From assembly GCA_963725745.1 (NCBI GenBank), contig CAVRZS010000005.1, positions 1,053,500 through 1,117,499 of the forward strand: a stretch of DNA of 64,000 nucleotides, in the 5' to 3' direction. Source of the stretch: an uncultured Chloroflexia bacterium (GTDB lineage Bacteria; Chloroflexota; Limnocylindria; Limnocylindrales; CSP1-4). A model generated the notes under the pieces. That model was not told the origin of the DNA, ran no database searches, and worked only from the letters and a program-made list of their open reading frames with translations. The translations under genes and the position numbers were made by a program. How positions within the stretch are numbered: the stretch's first letter is position 1; every line of letters begins with the position of its first letter. Below, in pieces: positions 9,678 to 19,943 of the stretch.

Positions 9678-11459
9678 TTGACCGATACGGCGGAGGAGCA
9701 GCAGCCCGCGGCCGGGGCCGAGGCGGACGAGACCCGGCAGCGCGGCAAGACCGTCCACGGCGAGCCCGCTAACGCGGGCCACCGGGTGCTGGCCCCCGAC
9801 GATGCAGAGGTCGAGGCCTATCTCGAGGTCGCGCTCGACGCGCCCGCCCCCGAGCGCACACCGCAGGATCGCCCGCCGATCCCGGCCGCGGCCGCCGCCC
9901 CCGGAACGGTCGCCGTGCTCGACTTCGGCAGCCAGTTCGCGCAGCTGATCGCTCGCCGGGTGCGTGAGCTCAACGTCTATTCCGAGCTCCTGCCCCACGA
10001 CACGACGATGGACGAGCTCGAGCGCCGCGGCGTTCGCGCCGTCATCCTCTCGGGCGGGCCGATGTCCGTCTACGACGCCGACGCCCCCAAGGCCGACGCA
10101 TCGATCTGGAGCGGCCGGCTCCCGGTGCTGGGCATCTGCTACGGCGCCCAGCTGATGGCCCTGGAGCTGGGCGGCGACGTTACCCCGGCCACGCGCCGCG
10201 AGTACGGCCCGGCGACGGTCCAGATCACTCGGGATGACGCGCTGTTCGTGGGCATCGACCGGGACCAGCCGGTCTGGATGAGCCACGGCGACTCGATCAC
10301 GCGCATGCCCCAGGGGTTCCACGCCACGGCGCAGACCGAGTCCACGCCGTTTGCCGGTCTCGACGCCCCCGCGCGCAACCTGTACGGCATCCAGTTCCAC
10401 CCCGAGGTGGTCCACACACCCCGGGGCCGCGCCGTCCTCCGCAACTTCGTCACCGGGATCGCCGGGATCGAGCCCAACTGGACGCCGGCGAACTTCGTCG
10501 AGTCCACCGTGGCGGAGATCCGAGAGCGCGTCGACCAGCACGCACGGGCAACCGGCTCCGACGGCAAGGTCATCTGTGCCCTGTCCGGCGGCGTCGACTC
10601 GGCGGTTGCCGCGGCCCTGGTGCATCGGGCGGTGGGCGACCGGCTGACCTGCATCTACGTGGACCACGGCCTGATGCGCAAGAAGGAATCCGAGCTGCTG
10701 CGGGCGACCTTCGAGGCCAACCTGGGCATGCGCCTCGTGATGGTCGACGCCCGGGAGCGCTTCCTCGCCCGGCTGGCCGGCATCACCGACCCGGAGCACA
10801 AGCGGCGGATCATCGGCGACGAGTTCATCCGCGTGTTCGAGGAGGAGGCGGCCAAGCTCGGCCGGATCGACTTCTTGACCCAGGGGACCCTGTACCCGGA
10901 CGTCATCGAGTCGACCGCGCCCGAGACCAAGACCGCCCAGAAGATCAAGACCCACCACAACGTCGGCGGGCTGCCCGCAGACCTGCGGTTCAAGCTGATC
11001 GAGCCCCTGCGCTACCTGTTCAAGGACGAGGTCAGGCTCGTCGGCCTCGAGGTCGGGCTGCCCGAGGCCATGGTCTTCCGCCAGCCGTTCCCGGGTCCGG
11101 GGCTCGCGATCCGGATCATCGGCGAGGTCACGGCCGAGCGGCTCGACACGCTCCGCGATGCGGATTGGATCGTGATCGACGAGATCAAGGCGGCGGGCCT
11201 GTACCGCAGCGTGTGGCAGTCGTTCGCGATCCTGACCCCCGTCCGGAGCGTTGGCGTGATGGGCGATGGGCGGACCTACGCCAACGTCGTCGCGATTCGC
11301 GCGGTGACCTCGGAGGACGGCATGACCGCCGACTGGGCGAAGCTGCCGTACGACGTCCTGGGCAAGATCAGCAGCCGCATCGTGAACGAGGTCCCGGGCG
11401 TGAACCGGGTCGTGTACGACATCAGCAGCAAGCCCCCCGCAACGATCGAGTGGGAGTGA
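9678..11459 (+). CDS. guaA: GMP synthase (glutamine-hydrolysing) with N-terminal extension
   Basis: [46 protein letters not shown]; TTG start after GGAGG. Confidence 0.97.
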   Translation: MTDTAEEQQPAAGAEADETRQRGKTVHGEPANAGHRVLAPDDAEVEAYLEVALDAPAPERTPQDRPPIPAAAAAPGTVAVLDFGSQFAQLIARRVRELNVYSELLPHDTTMDELERRGVRAVILSGGPMSVYDADAPKADASIWSGRLPVLGICYGAQLMALELGGDVTPATRREYGPATVQITRDDALFVGIDRDQPVWMSHGDSITRMPQGFHATAQTESTPFAGLDAPARNLYGIQFHPEVVHTPRGRAVLRNFVTGIAGIEPNWTPANFVESTVAEIRERVDQHARATGSDGKVICALSGGVDSAVAAALVHRAVGDRLTCIYVDHGLMRKKESELLRATFEANLGMRLVMVDARERFLARLAGITDPEHKRRIIGDEFIRVFEEEAAKLGRIDFLTQGTLYPDVIESTAPETKTAQKIKTHHNVGGLPADLRFKLIEPLRYLFKDEVRLVGLEVGLPEAMVFRQPFPGPGLAIRIIGEVTAERLDTLRDADWIVIDEIKAAGLYRSVWQSFAILTPVRSVGVMGDGRTYANVVAIRAVTSEDGMTADWAKLPYDVLGKISSRIVNEVPGVNRVVYDISSKPPATIEWE

Positions 11460-11515
11460 CGGGGCAGGACCAATTGGGGGGCACTGGCCGTGATTCGAAC
11501 GAGTAGAGTGCGCAG

Positions 11516-12163
11516 ATGACCGATGCGACCCCGCACTGCCCCTGGTGCTCGGCGCCGCTGCCTGCGAGCGTCGGCGAGACCTGCCCTTCGTGCGGCGCCA
11601 CCCTGTCGAGTGCGGCGGGTGCCGAGCCCGACATCAAGGGCGTGACCACCCTCGACCCGATGGCGATCATCCAGGCCCGGGCCGAGGTCGCCCGGCCCCG
11701 GAGCCGGATCATGTCGTTCATCACCGGCGAGGCCCCGGGCGAGCAATCGGACCCGTCGGCCAACCCCGAGTCGCTGGCGCCGCCGCCCGACGATGTCCGG
11801 CGCGAGATTCGCCGCCTGGAGATCGAGGCCGAGCGGGCCGACCTCGAGGCCGAGACCGTCGCCCTCAAGACCGACGTCGTCGTGGAGATGGGCATCCCGC
11901 TCTCGCAGCTCGCCGGCGCCGACGCCGACCTCGCGACCGCCGAGGCCCCCGAAGACGAGGTGCGCCAGGTCGAGGCCGAGTCAGTGAGGCTCGCCGCCGA
12001 GGCGTCGGTAACCCCTCCGGCCGGCGCGCCGTCGGCGGCCCCGCCGGCAACCCCGGCCCCCGCCGTGCCGGCGTCCCCGCCGGCAACCCCGGCCCCCGCC
12101 GTGCCGGCATCCCCGCCGCCGCCGGCCGCGCCCGCCGACGACGAGGCGTCCGCCGGGGCCTGA
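11516..12163 (+). CDS. Zinc-ribbon protein with low-complexity Pro/Ala tail
   Basis: CPWC...CPSC, coiled-coil middle; TAGAGT 6 nt before ATG. Confidence 0.75.
   Translation: MTDATPHCPWCSAPLPASVGETCPSCGATLSSAAGAEPDIKGVTTLDPMAIIQARAEVARPRSRIMSFITGEAPGEQSDPSANPESLAPPPDDVRREIRRLEIEAERADLEAETVALKTDVVVEMGIPLSQLAGADADLATAEAPEDEVRQVEAESVRLAAEASVTPPAGAPSAAPPATPAPAVPASPPATPAPAVPASPPPPAAPADDEASAGA
12039..12118 (+). repeat. 36-bp in-frame tandem repeat (about 2.2 copies, PPATPAPAVPAS)
   Basis: ccccgccggcaaccccggcccccgccgtgccggc(g/a)t at 12039 and 12075. Confidence 0.9.
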
Positions 12164-12189
12164 CCCGGGCGCACCGGTATGCTCGGCTG

Positions 12190-12648
12190 GTGCCCGAGCG
12201 ACTCCCTCACCCCGGACCCTCGTACCTGCGCGAGCAGGAGGTCCGCATCGGCGACCGCCGTTTGGAGGCCGGGATGGCCAAGCCCGTCGATGGTCCCGAC
12301 GACTGGTGGCTGGCCGTCATGTGGGTGACCGACGCCGAGGGCGTGGTGAGCTTCCGGGACGTCGCGCCGGCGGCAGGACCGCCGCCCGAGCCGCCCCTTG
12401 CGCGGATGGGTCCGTCGTTCGCGGGCGGGTTGTCGGGGCTGATCCGCGAGGAGGACGGCCGCCTGGCGATCCGGCTCACCCCGCTCGTGCCGCCCGAGGA
12501 CGACGCGCGTCCCTGGCGCTGCCCCCTGGTGATCCGCGTCGCCTTCCGGTGGGAGCCGGCCCTGGCCGCCACCCTGCGGCCGAACCAGATCGCGGACCGG
12601 GTCCTCGGGGCCTTCGGCCGGTCCGTGGAAGGCCTCGCCCGACCCTGA
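12190..12648 (+). CDS. Hypothetical protein
   Basis: GTG 6 nt after TATGCT (12178-12183); globular-looking sequence (DDWWLAVMWVTDAEGVVSF). Confidence 0.7.
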   Translation: MPERLPHPGPSYLREQEVRIGDRRLEAGMAKPVDGPDDWWLAVMWVTDAEGVVSFRDVAPAAGPPPEPPLARMGPSFAGGLSGLIREEDGRLAIRLTPLVPPEDDARPWRCPLVIRVAFRWEPALAATLRPNQIADRVLGAFGRSVEGLARP

Positions 12649-12720
12649 GCCCGAGCCGCGACGGGCAGTCGCCCGGGCCGGCCGATCCGGGTTCCGCCGA
12701 TCCGCCCTAGACTCCGCGCG

Positions 12721-15700
12721 ATGGGTGACCTGTTCGACGAGTTCATGCGCGAGCTCGAGCGCCGGCGCGCAGCGGCAGAGGGCAGGGGCCCGGTGAGCGA
12801 CGAGGACGACGCGCCAGGCGACGACGACGACGATCACGACGCCGCCCGCGAGGCGGGCGACGACGCGGCCGATGGCGACGCGGGCGAGGCCGTGCAGGCC
12901 GACGAGGCGGCAACGGGCGCCGATGCCGACGGGGCCGCCCAGGGCGACGGCGCGGCCGACAGACCTGACGACGACGCACCCGCGGCGCCTGCACCAACCC
13001 CGATCACCGCGCGCCGCCGCCGGCGCGGTCGGTCTGCCCCCACGCCCAAGGCGACCGGCGGGCGCCCGCCCGGCGGGCCGAACGACGGTGCCAAGGGCAC
13101 GTCCGCGGGCGACGTCGCACGCCGCGTCGGGATCGTCGCGCTGGTGCTGGCGATCCTCGCGATCCTGGTGCTGCTGGTCGCGGGCATCAACCTGTGGACC
13201 GATGCCATCTGGTACAAGAGCGTCGGGTTCGACAGCGTCTTCTGGACCCGCCTCGGCGTCCAGGCCGGGCTGTTCATCGGCGCCGGGCTGCTCGCGCTCG
13301 TCGTACTGCTCGGCAACCTGATCGTCGCCAACCGCCTGGCTCCGCCCCCGGATCCGGAGCGGCCCGGCCGCCTGCGGGCCGTGGCAGGCCGCGTCGCCGC
13401 GGCGCAGCGCCAGGCCGAGCGCACCGCACGGGCCCGCGCCGGCGGTGGCGCCTTCGGGCCGTTCAACGTGTCCGGCGGGCGGTCCGGCTCGGGCGAGCTG
13501 ACCTTCGCCTGGGACGGCGAGGAGATCCCCGACGTCGTCCCGATCGGGACGTGGGTGATCGGCGGCGTCGCCGTGCTCCTCGCCCTAGGCGTCGCCGGCG
13601 CGGTCTCGGGCGCCTGGGAGACCCTGATGCTGTGGGTCAACCGGGTCCCGTTCTCGCCGACGCAGACGGTGACCGACCCGATCTTCGGCCGCGACATCAG
13701 CTTCTTCCTGTTCGAGCTGCCGTTCTTCCGGCTCGTCCAGTCGCTGGTCAACGGCCTCCTCCTGGCGTCGTTGCTGGTGGCGGGTTCCAGGTATCTGCTG
13801 GAGGTCACCCGCGGCGGGGAGGTGTTCATCACCCGTGTGCGGGTGCACCTTGCCGTGCTCGGCGGCCTGTACCTCATCTCCGTCGCGTTCGGCTACCAGC
13901 TCGACAAGTACGAGCTCGTGTACAGCCAGGCCGGCGTTGCGACGGGCGTCTCGTTCACGGACGCGAACGCGCGCTTCCTCGCCTACGACGTGCTCACGTT
14001 CCTGTCAGGCCTCGCGGGCGCGCTGCTGATCGCCGGCGCCTTCACCCGCTGGATGTGGCCGCTGGGCGCGATCGTGATCATCTGGTTCTCGGCGTCCATC
14101 GTCCTCGGACGCCTCTACCCCGAGGCCATCCAGCGCCTGAGCGTCGACCCCAACACCTACGCCCAGGAAGAGCCGTACATCGGCAACAACATCTCGATGA
14201 CGCGCCTCTCGTTCGGCCTCGACAAATGGGAGCAGCGCAACTACGGCGGCGCCGCGCCGTTGACGGCGGCGGCCATCGCCAGCGAAGAGGACACGTTCAC
14301 CAACGCCCGGCTGTGGGACTACCGTCCGCTCCAGACGACCCTCGACCAGCTGCAGACGGTGCGCCAGTACTACGACTTCCACGACGTCGACACCGACCGC
14401 TACATCATCGACGACACCCTGCGCCAGGTGATGCTGTCGGGCCGCGAGCTTGCGATCGACCGCAGCCCCGACGCACCCAGCTGGGTCAACACGCGGGTCA
14501 TCAAGACCCACGGCATCGGCGTGGCGATGACGCCCGTCAACGAGGTCACCGAGGAGGGCCAGCCGACGCTGTGGATCCGGGACCTGCCGCCGACCTCGAA
14601 CAGCGGCGCGCCCGGGATCACGCAGCCGCGGATCTACTTCGGCGAAGGCGACGACCACTACGTCGTGGTTCGCGCCCGGCAGAACGAGTTCGACTACCCC
14701 AGCTCGTCGCGGACGGGGCAGGCGGATCCGACCACGCGCTGGATGGGGACCACCGGGATCCCGCTCGATTCGACGCTGTCGCGGCTCCTGTTCGCGATCC
14801 GGTTCCGCGACCTCGACCTGTTCATCACCGACCAGGTCCAGGCCGACAGCCAGCTGCTGTTCCACCGCACGATCTCCGAGCGGCTCGGCCTGATCGCACC
14901 CTTCCTGCGCTTCGACAAGGATCCCTACCTCGTGGTCGAGGGCGGCCGCCTCGTGTACGTGCAGGACGCGTACACGGTGAGCGACCGCTTCCCCAACGCC
15001 TCGTGGTTCAACACGAGCGAGCTGGGCGCGACGTCGGGGCTCGGCGGCGAGAGCATCAACTACATCCGCAACAGCGTGAAGATCACGATGGATGCCTACG
15101 ACGGCACCATGCACTTCTACGTCGCCGACCCGACCGAGCCGATCATCCGGGCCTGGGAGGGGATCTTCCCTTCAATGTTCGAACCGCTGGCCAACATGCC
15201 CGCCGATCTGCAGGCCCACCTGCGCGTCCCCGAGGAGCTGTTCAACGTCCAGACGCGGATGTATGGCCAGTACCACGTGACCCAGCCGGTCACGTTCTTC
15301 AACAACACGGATCGCTGGACGGTTCCGACGGAGCTGACGAACCAGCAGAGCCTGGCGCCCGAGGCGTACTACGTCGTGATGCGCATGCCGGGCGAGCCGA
15401 AGGCGGAGTTCCTGCTGCTCCAGCCGATGATCGCCCGCAGCCGGCCGAACATGATCGCCTGGGTCGCCGCCCGCAACGACGCGCCCAACTACGGCACCGT
15501 CCGCTCGTACCAGTTCCCCGCCGACACGACCATCTTCGGGCCATCCCAGATCGAGGCCCGGATCGACCAGGACCCGACCATCAGCGCCCAGATCTCGCTG
15601 TGGAACCAGAGCGGCAGCGAGGTCATCCGGGGCAACCTGATCGTGATCCCCGTCGGCGATTCCCTGCTGTACCTCCAGCCCGTGTACCTGCAGTCCACCT

Positions 15701-16101
15701 CCTCGGCCTTCCCCGAGTTCCAGCGGATCGTGGTCGCGAGCCCCACGACCGTCGTCTGGGCGCGCACCTTGTCGGGGGCCCTGAACCTCCTGCTCACGAC
15801 CCAGGCCAACGGTGCTCCGGGTCCGTCCCCGGGTCCCGGCACGACCCCGGGCCCGACGGCGACGCCGGGTCCCGGTGAGACACCAGCGCCCACCGTCGCC
15901 CCGACGACCCCCCCTGACGGCGGCCTGCCGGCCGACGTGCCCGGCCTGATCGACTACGCGAACACGCACTTCGAGCTCGCCCAGACGGCCCTCCGGAGCG
16001 GTGACTTCGCGACCTACGGGGCAGAGATGGACCGGGTCAAGGCCGCCCTCGAGGCGCTCGGGCGTCTGACCGGATCACCGGCGCCAACGCTCAAGCCATG
16101 A
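12721..16101 (+). CDS. UPF0182 family membrane protein
   Basis: WTDAIWYKSVGF, DPIFGRDISFFLFELP, ARLWDYRP, QPRIYFGE, NYIRNSVK, RGNLIVIP...LYLQPVYLQ. Confidence 0.95.
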   Translation: MGDLFDEFMRELERRRAAAEGRGPVSDEDDAPGDDDDDHDAAREAGDDAADGDAGEAVQADEAATGADADGAAQGDGAADRPDDDAPAAPAPTPITARRRRRGRSAPTPKATGGRPPGGPNDGAKGTSAGDVARRVGIVALVLAILAILVLLVAGINLWTDAIWYKSVGFDSVFWTRLGVQAGLFIGAGLLALVVLLGNLIVANRLAPPPDPERPGRLRAVAGRVAAAQRQAERTARARAGGGAFGPFNVSGGRSGSGELTFAWDGEEIPDVVPIGTWVIGGVAVLLALGVAGAVSGAWETLMLWVNRVPFSPTQTVTDPIFGRDISFFLFELPFFRLVQSLVNGLLLASLLVAGSRYLLEVTRGGEVFITRVRVHLAVLGGLYLISVAFGYQLDKYELVYSQAGVATGVSFTDANARFLAYDVLTFLSGLAGALLIAGAFTRWMWPLGAIVIIWFSASIVLGRLYPEAIQRLSVDPNTYAQEEPYIGNNISMTRLSFGLDKWEQRNYGGAAPLTAAAIASEEDTFTNARLWDYRPLQTTLDQLQTVRQYYDFHDVDTDRYIIDDTLRQVMLSGRELAIDRSPDAPSWVNTRVIKTHGIGVAMTPVNEVTEEGQPTLWIRDLPPTSNSGAPGITQPRIYFGEGDDHYVVVRARQNEFDYPSSSRTGQADPTTRWMGTTGIPLDSTLSRLLFAIRFRDLDLFITDQVQADSQLLFHRTISERLGLIAPFLRFDKDPYLVVEGGRLVYVQDAYTVSDRFPNASWFNTSELGATSGLGGESINYIRNSVKITMDAYDGTMHFYVADPTEPIIRAWEGIFPSMFEPLANMPADLQAHLRVPEELFNVQTRMYGQYHVTQPVTFFNNTDRWTVPTELTNQQSLAPEAYYVVMRMPGEPKAEFLLLQPMIARSRPNMIAWVAARNDAPNYGTVRSYQFPADTTIFGPSQIEARIDQDPTISAQISLWNQSGSEVIRGNLIVIPVGDSLLYLQPVYLQSTSSAFPEFQRIVVASPTTVVWARTLSGALNLLLTTQANGAPGPSPGPGTTPGPTATPGPGETPAPTVAPTTPPDGGLPADVPGLIDYANTHFELAQTALRSGDFATYGAEMDRVKAALEALGRLTGSPAPTLKP

Positions 16102-17108
16102 CCACCGCAGCGGTCGCGCCGGGCGCCACTGCGCCCGCCCGCGCCGGCCGCCTGCCGATCGCCACCGTCCTGACCGGCGCGTTCGTCGTCACCCTCCTGC
16201 GGCCGCTCTCGTGGGCGCTGGGCCTGGCCGGGTTCCTGGCCGGCGGCGGATTGCTGCTGCTGGCCTGGCCGGTCGTCGTGCTGCCCACGCCGACGGGGAT
16301 CCAGAACGCCCTTGGCGGACCGATGAGCACGCTGATCATCGGAACGCCGTCGCCGGCGATGCTGACCCTGATCGGCGTCGGCGCCGCGGCGGGCCTCGCC
16401 CTCGGCCTCGGTGGACTCGTCGCCGGGGCCTGGGCGGAGCGCAACCTGATCGGCGTCGGGCTCGAGGCGGCCGATGACGAGGCGATGCTCGCGGCGCCAA
16501 AACTCGAGGGGGCGCCGGGCACCTGGAAGGTCGCCCTCCTCCGGCTGTTCGCCCTGCTGCCGCCGATCGCGGCCGCCATCCTGGTGTGGCAGCCGCTGTA
16601 TGCGGCGGCCTACCACGAGCTCGTCCTCCCCGACGACCTGGTCACGCCGCTCGCGGTGCGCGTGATCCGGGACGTCCCGTGGCATGTCATCGCCCCGATC
16701 ATGGTGTGGGTCGCCGCCGACACCGCGGGCGCGCTCGGGGTGCGGCGCCTGGTCATCGAGCGGCGCCCGGTCATCATCGCGTGGCTGCTGGGCTGGGTGG
16801 ACATCGTCCGGAGCCCGATCCGGGTGCTGGTCACGGCGGTCTTCGGCCTCGCGATCGTCGCCCTGCTCACCGGGCCGGCGATGGTCGCCGCCGGTGCGGG
16901 CTGGGCGCGGGTGCGCGATGTCATGACCCACGAGTCGGAACCGGTGGCCGCCTTCGTCACCGTATCGGTATGGGTCGCGATCTGGCTCGGCGGCCTGGTG
17001 CTCGCCGGCGTCGGCGCGGCGATCCGTGCCAACGCCTGGACGCTCGAGACGGCGTCGGTCCGGCCGGTCGGCGTGATCGGGCGCCGGGACGACGAGATCG
17101 CCGCCTGA
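16098..17108 (+). CDS. Polytopic membrane hypothetical protein
   Basis: ATGA overlap with upstream gene; six or more hydrophobic segments. Confidence 0.75.
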   Translation: MTTAAVAPGATAPARAGRLPIATVLTGAFVVTLLRPLSWALGLAGFLAGGGLLLLAWPVVVLPTPTGIQNALGGPMSTLIIGTPSPAMLTLIGVGAAAGLALGLGGLVAGAWAERNLIGVGLEAADDEAMLAAPKLEGAPGTWKVALLRLFALLPPIAAAILVWQPLYAAAYHELVLPDDLVTPLAVRVIRDVPWHVIAPIMVWVAADTAGALGVRRLVIERRPVIIAWLLGWVDIVRSPIRVLVTAVFGLAIVALLTGPAMVAAGAGWARVRDVMTHESEPVAAFVTVSVWVAIWLGGLVLAGVGAAIRANAWTLETASVRPVGVIGRRDDEIAA

Positions 17109-17225
17109 CGCGGCGGATGAGGCATCACGCCGCCGCTCATCGGACGTCATGGCCGTGCTCCCGGCCACCGGGGGCGTCCCTGTTAGACTGCTGCTCGCCG
17201 CGCGCCCCCGGGCGCGTCATGCCCG

Positions 17226-17882
17226 ATGGAGGCCGCATCCCCGCGTATGGAAGAGATCCTCAATACGATCGGTGACACGATCGGCGGCTTCTTCGACAAC
17301 CCGATCGTGCACTTCGCGCTGCAGGCGCTCGTCGTCTACTTCGTCATCCTGTGGCTGGCGGCCGCGTACTGGGCGTTCCGCGACATGCAGCAGCGGAGCG
17401 AGAACCCGGTCCTGCCGTACCTCGCGGCGGCCCTGATCGTCCTGTTCACCCCGCTCCTGTTCGTGTTCGGGATCATCGTCTACCGGATCATCCGGCCCCA
17501 CGAGAAGATCGGCGAGGTCTACGAGCGCAACCTCGCGGAGGAGGCGCTGCTCGCCGAGGTCGAGGCGATCAAGACCTGTCCGTCGTGCCGGCGGCGGGTG
17601 AACGACGAATGGATCATCTGCCCCACCTGCCGCACGCAGCTCAACCGCGTGTGCGCCAACTGCGGCCGGCTCGTCGGGCTCGACTGGGCCCTGTGCGCCT
17701 GGTGCGGGCGTGACTTCGAACGAACCGACCTCGCCGCCTACGAGCCGATCGCGACGCCGATGCCCGGTCGCCTGACGTCGACGCAGCCCGCCTCGTCGGT
17801 CTCGCCGACCGCGCGGCCCGGCCGGGTCCGGCAGCCACCGTCGGCGAGCCGCGGCGCACCGGGCACGATCCCGGAGCCTTGA
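17226..17882 (+). CDS. Membrane protein with double zinc ribbon
   Basis: Two TMs then CPSC..CPTC..CANC..CAWC; alternative start 17247; TAGACT at 17184-17189. Confidence 0.85.
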   Translation: MEAASPRMEEILNTIGDTIGGFFDNPIVHFALQALVVYFVILWLAAAYWAFRDMQQRSENPVLPYLAAALIVLFTPLLFVFGIIVYRIIRPHEKIGEVYERNLAEEALLAEVEAIKTCPSCRRRVNDEWIICPTCRTQLNRVCANCGRLVGLDWALCAWCGRDFERTDLAAYEPIATPMPGRLTSTQPASSVSPTARPGRVRQPPSASRGAPGTIPEP

Positions 17883-18875
17883 CCGAGCCGGCGGGCCCGG
17901 CCGCGCCGGAATCCGAGGGGATCGCGCCCCGCCCGTCGATCTTCAGCCTCGAGGGTCGCGCCGTGCCGGCGCTGTACGTGATCGGCTGGATCGGGTCCGT
18001 GATGGGCCTCGCCGTGATCCTCGTGTCCTTCCTCGCGTCCGGGTCATCGGCGGCCGGCTGGGTCTTCCTGGCGGGGCTGCGTCGTGCTCGCGATCGGCCT
18101 CGTGGCGGCGGGCGGCTCGCAGGCCATCGAGGGCAGCCGTCATCCGGAGCTCGCCTACCACGGGCCGTCCCCGGTCCTGGCCTTCCTCGCGGTGTTCGCG
18201 ATCACCCTGGTCGCGACGGTCGCCGTGCTGGCGCCGATGTCGGCCCTGGGGTTCGACGTCGCGTCGCCTGCGGGCACGGCGATCTCGCTGTTCATCACGA
18301 TGCTCGCCTACATCGGTGTGGTCCGGCTGATGGTCGTCGGCCCGGGAGCCCTCTCGTGGGCCCAGATGGGCGTCCACCGGCCGACGGCCGACTCGGTGCG
18401 CGACCTGCTCGTGGGCGCCGTGCTCGCGGTTCCGGTGCTCATCGTGTCGCTCGTCCTGGTCGGGGTCCTGTCACGGTTCCTCGAGCCGGCCCCCAGCCCG
18501 CTGCCGGAGGCCGTCGACCCCGCGGGCCTGGTCCTGAACCTGATCTCCGCGGCGATCCTGGCGCCGATCGGTGAGGAGCTGTTCTTCCGCGGCTTCACGA
18601 CCACGGCCTGGGCCCGCGCGATGGGCGCCGGGCCGGCCATCGTCCGCGGGGCCCTGTTCTTCGCGATCGCCCACGTGCTGGCCCTGTTCGACGCCTCGTT
18701 CGAGACGGGCGCCCAGCACGCCCTGTACTCGCTGATCGCGCTGTTGCCCGTCGGGATCGCGCTCGGCTGGGTGTTCCTCGCCCGGCGATCCCTGTACGCG
18801 GCGATCGGGCTGCACGCGACGTTCAACGCGATCCAGGTGCTCGTGGTGATGGGCGCGGCCGCGTTCGGGCGGTAG
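17879..18875 (+). CDS. CPBP (CAAX protease/Abi) intramembrane metalloprotease (frameshift near 18080)
   Basis: APIGEELFFRG, FFAIAH, HATFN; N-terminal TMs in adjacent frame. Confidence 0.88.
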
Positions 18876-18953
18876 GGCCGACACCTCGCCGGCATCGCGG
18901 TCGAGGCAATCCGCGGGCAAGTCCCGATTGAGCGCCGCGTAAGGGGCGCTGCG

Positions 18954-19027
18954 TAGGCTTCGTCGTGTTCCCGGATCCGGATGGCGGGGGAAATCGGCGG
19001 GCTTCCGTTGTCCGGACCCGGGGACGC
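18954..19027 (+). promoter_or_regulatory. -10 box followed by a 26-bp leader hairpin upstream of radC
   Basis: TAGGCT 18954-18959; arms 18965-18990 and 19002-19027 pair with 7 G.U and 1 mismatch. Confidence 0.6.
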
Positions 19028-19083
19028 CTCGCCCCCGGGTACGAGGCCATCGATGGTCCCGCCCCGCAGCCGGCAGGTGGTCG

Positions 19084-19860
19084 ATGGCGCGTCGCGAGGT
19101 TCCTGCGGCGGACGCGCAGATACGCGACATCCCGGCGCATCGCCCGTGGGTCCGGTCGGTGCGGGACCTGCCGGCAGCGGAGCGTCCGCGTGAGCGGCTC
19201 GCGCTGCGCGGGCCGGGCGGACTGTCGGCCGCCGAGCTGATCGCGGTCGTCCTCGGCACGGGGGCCGGTGGCCGGACCGCGATCGAGGTCGCGGAGGACG
19301 CCCTGGGACGACACCTCAGCCTGTCGGCGCTGGCGCGGGCGACGGACGCCGAGCTCGCCTCGATCCCGGGGCTGGGCGCCGCCAAGGCGGCCCGCCTTGC
19401 CGCGTCGTTCGAGCTCGGGCGCCGGTCGGTGGCGGAGTGGCCGGCGGGTCGCTGGACCATTCGGGCGCCTCGCGACGTCGCGGATCGACTGGTGCTCGAC
19501 ATGGGTCGCCTGGAACGCGAGGAGCTGCGGGTCCTCAGCCTGAATGCGAAGAACGTGGTCCAGCGGGTCTCGACCGTCTACGTGGGCAACGTGTCGGCGT
19601 CGCTCGTCCGCGTCGGTGAGCTGTTCCGGGATGCGGTCCGGCTGGACGCGTCGGGCGTCGTGCTCTGCCACAACCACCCCTCCGGAGACCCCACGCCCAG
19701 CCCGGACGACCTGCACCTGACCGCCGAGGCGATCGCCGCCGGACGGCTGCTCGACGTCGACGTGCTCGACCACGTCGTGATCGGGCACGATGCCTGGGTG
19801 TCCTTGCGCGATCGTGGTGTCAGCTTCGATCGGGCGGGCGCGCGAGGAGCCCGTCGCTGA
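19084..19860 (+). CDS. radC: RadC family JAB-domain protein (UPF0758)
   Basis: ERPRERL, HhH GLGAAKA, HNHPSGDPTPSPDD, VLDHVVIG. Confidence 0.95.
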   Translation: MARREVPAADAQIRDIPAHRPWVRSVRDLPAAERPRERLALRGPGGLSAAELIAVVLGTGAGGRTAIEVAEDALGRHLSLSALARATDAELASIPGLGAAKAARLAASFELGRRSVAEWPAGRWTIRAPRDVADRLVLDMGRLEREELRVLSLNAKNVVQRVSTVYVGNVSASLVRVGELFRDAVRLDASGVVLCHNHPSGDPTPSPDDLHLTAEAIAAGRLLDVDVLDHVVIGHDAWVSLRDRGVSFDRAGARGARR

Positions 19861-19943
19861 GGCCTGGCGATCCATCGCACCGCCGCCGTGCCCGATACTG
19901 GCGTCGGGCCGGCCGGGCCTCCCGGCGATCAAGGAGTTGGGCG

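Noticed and set aside
324-15878. Long Arg/Pro/Gly-rich alternative-frame and antisense ORFs (e.g. 324-2681, 13194-15878)
   Set aside because: Expected shadow ORFs in very GC-rich DNA; they overlap well-supported genes and carry no motifs
19084-19860. radC as a marker of a mobile element
   Set aside because: Full-length chromosomal form with N-terminal HhH region, normal codon usage and a location near mreBC, a common core-genome context
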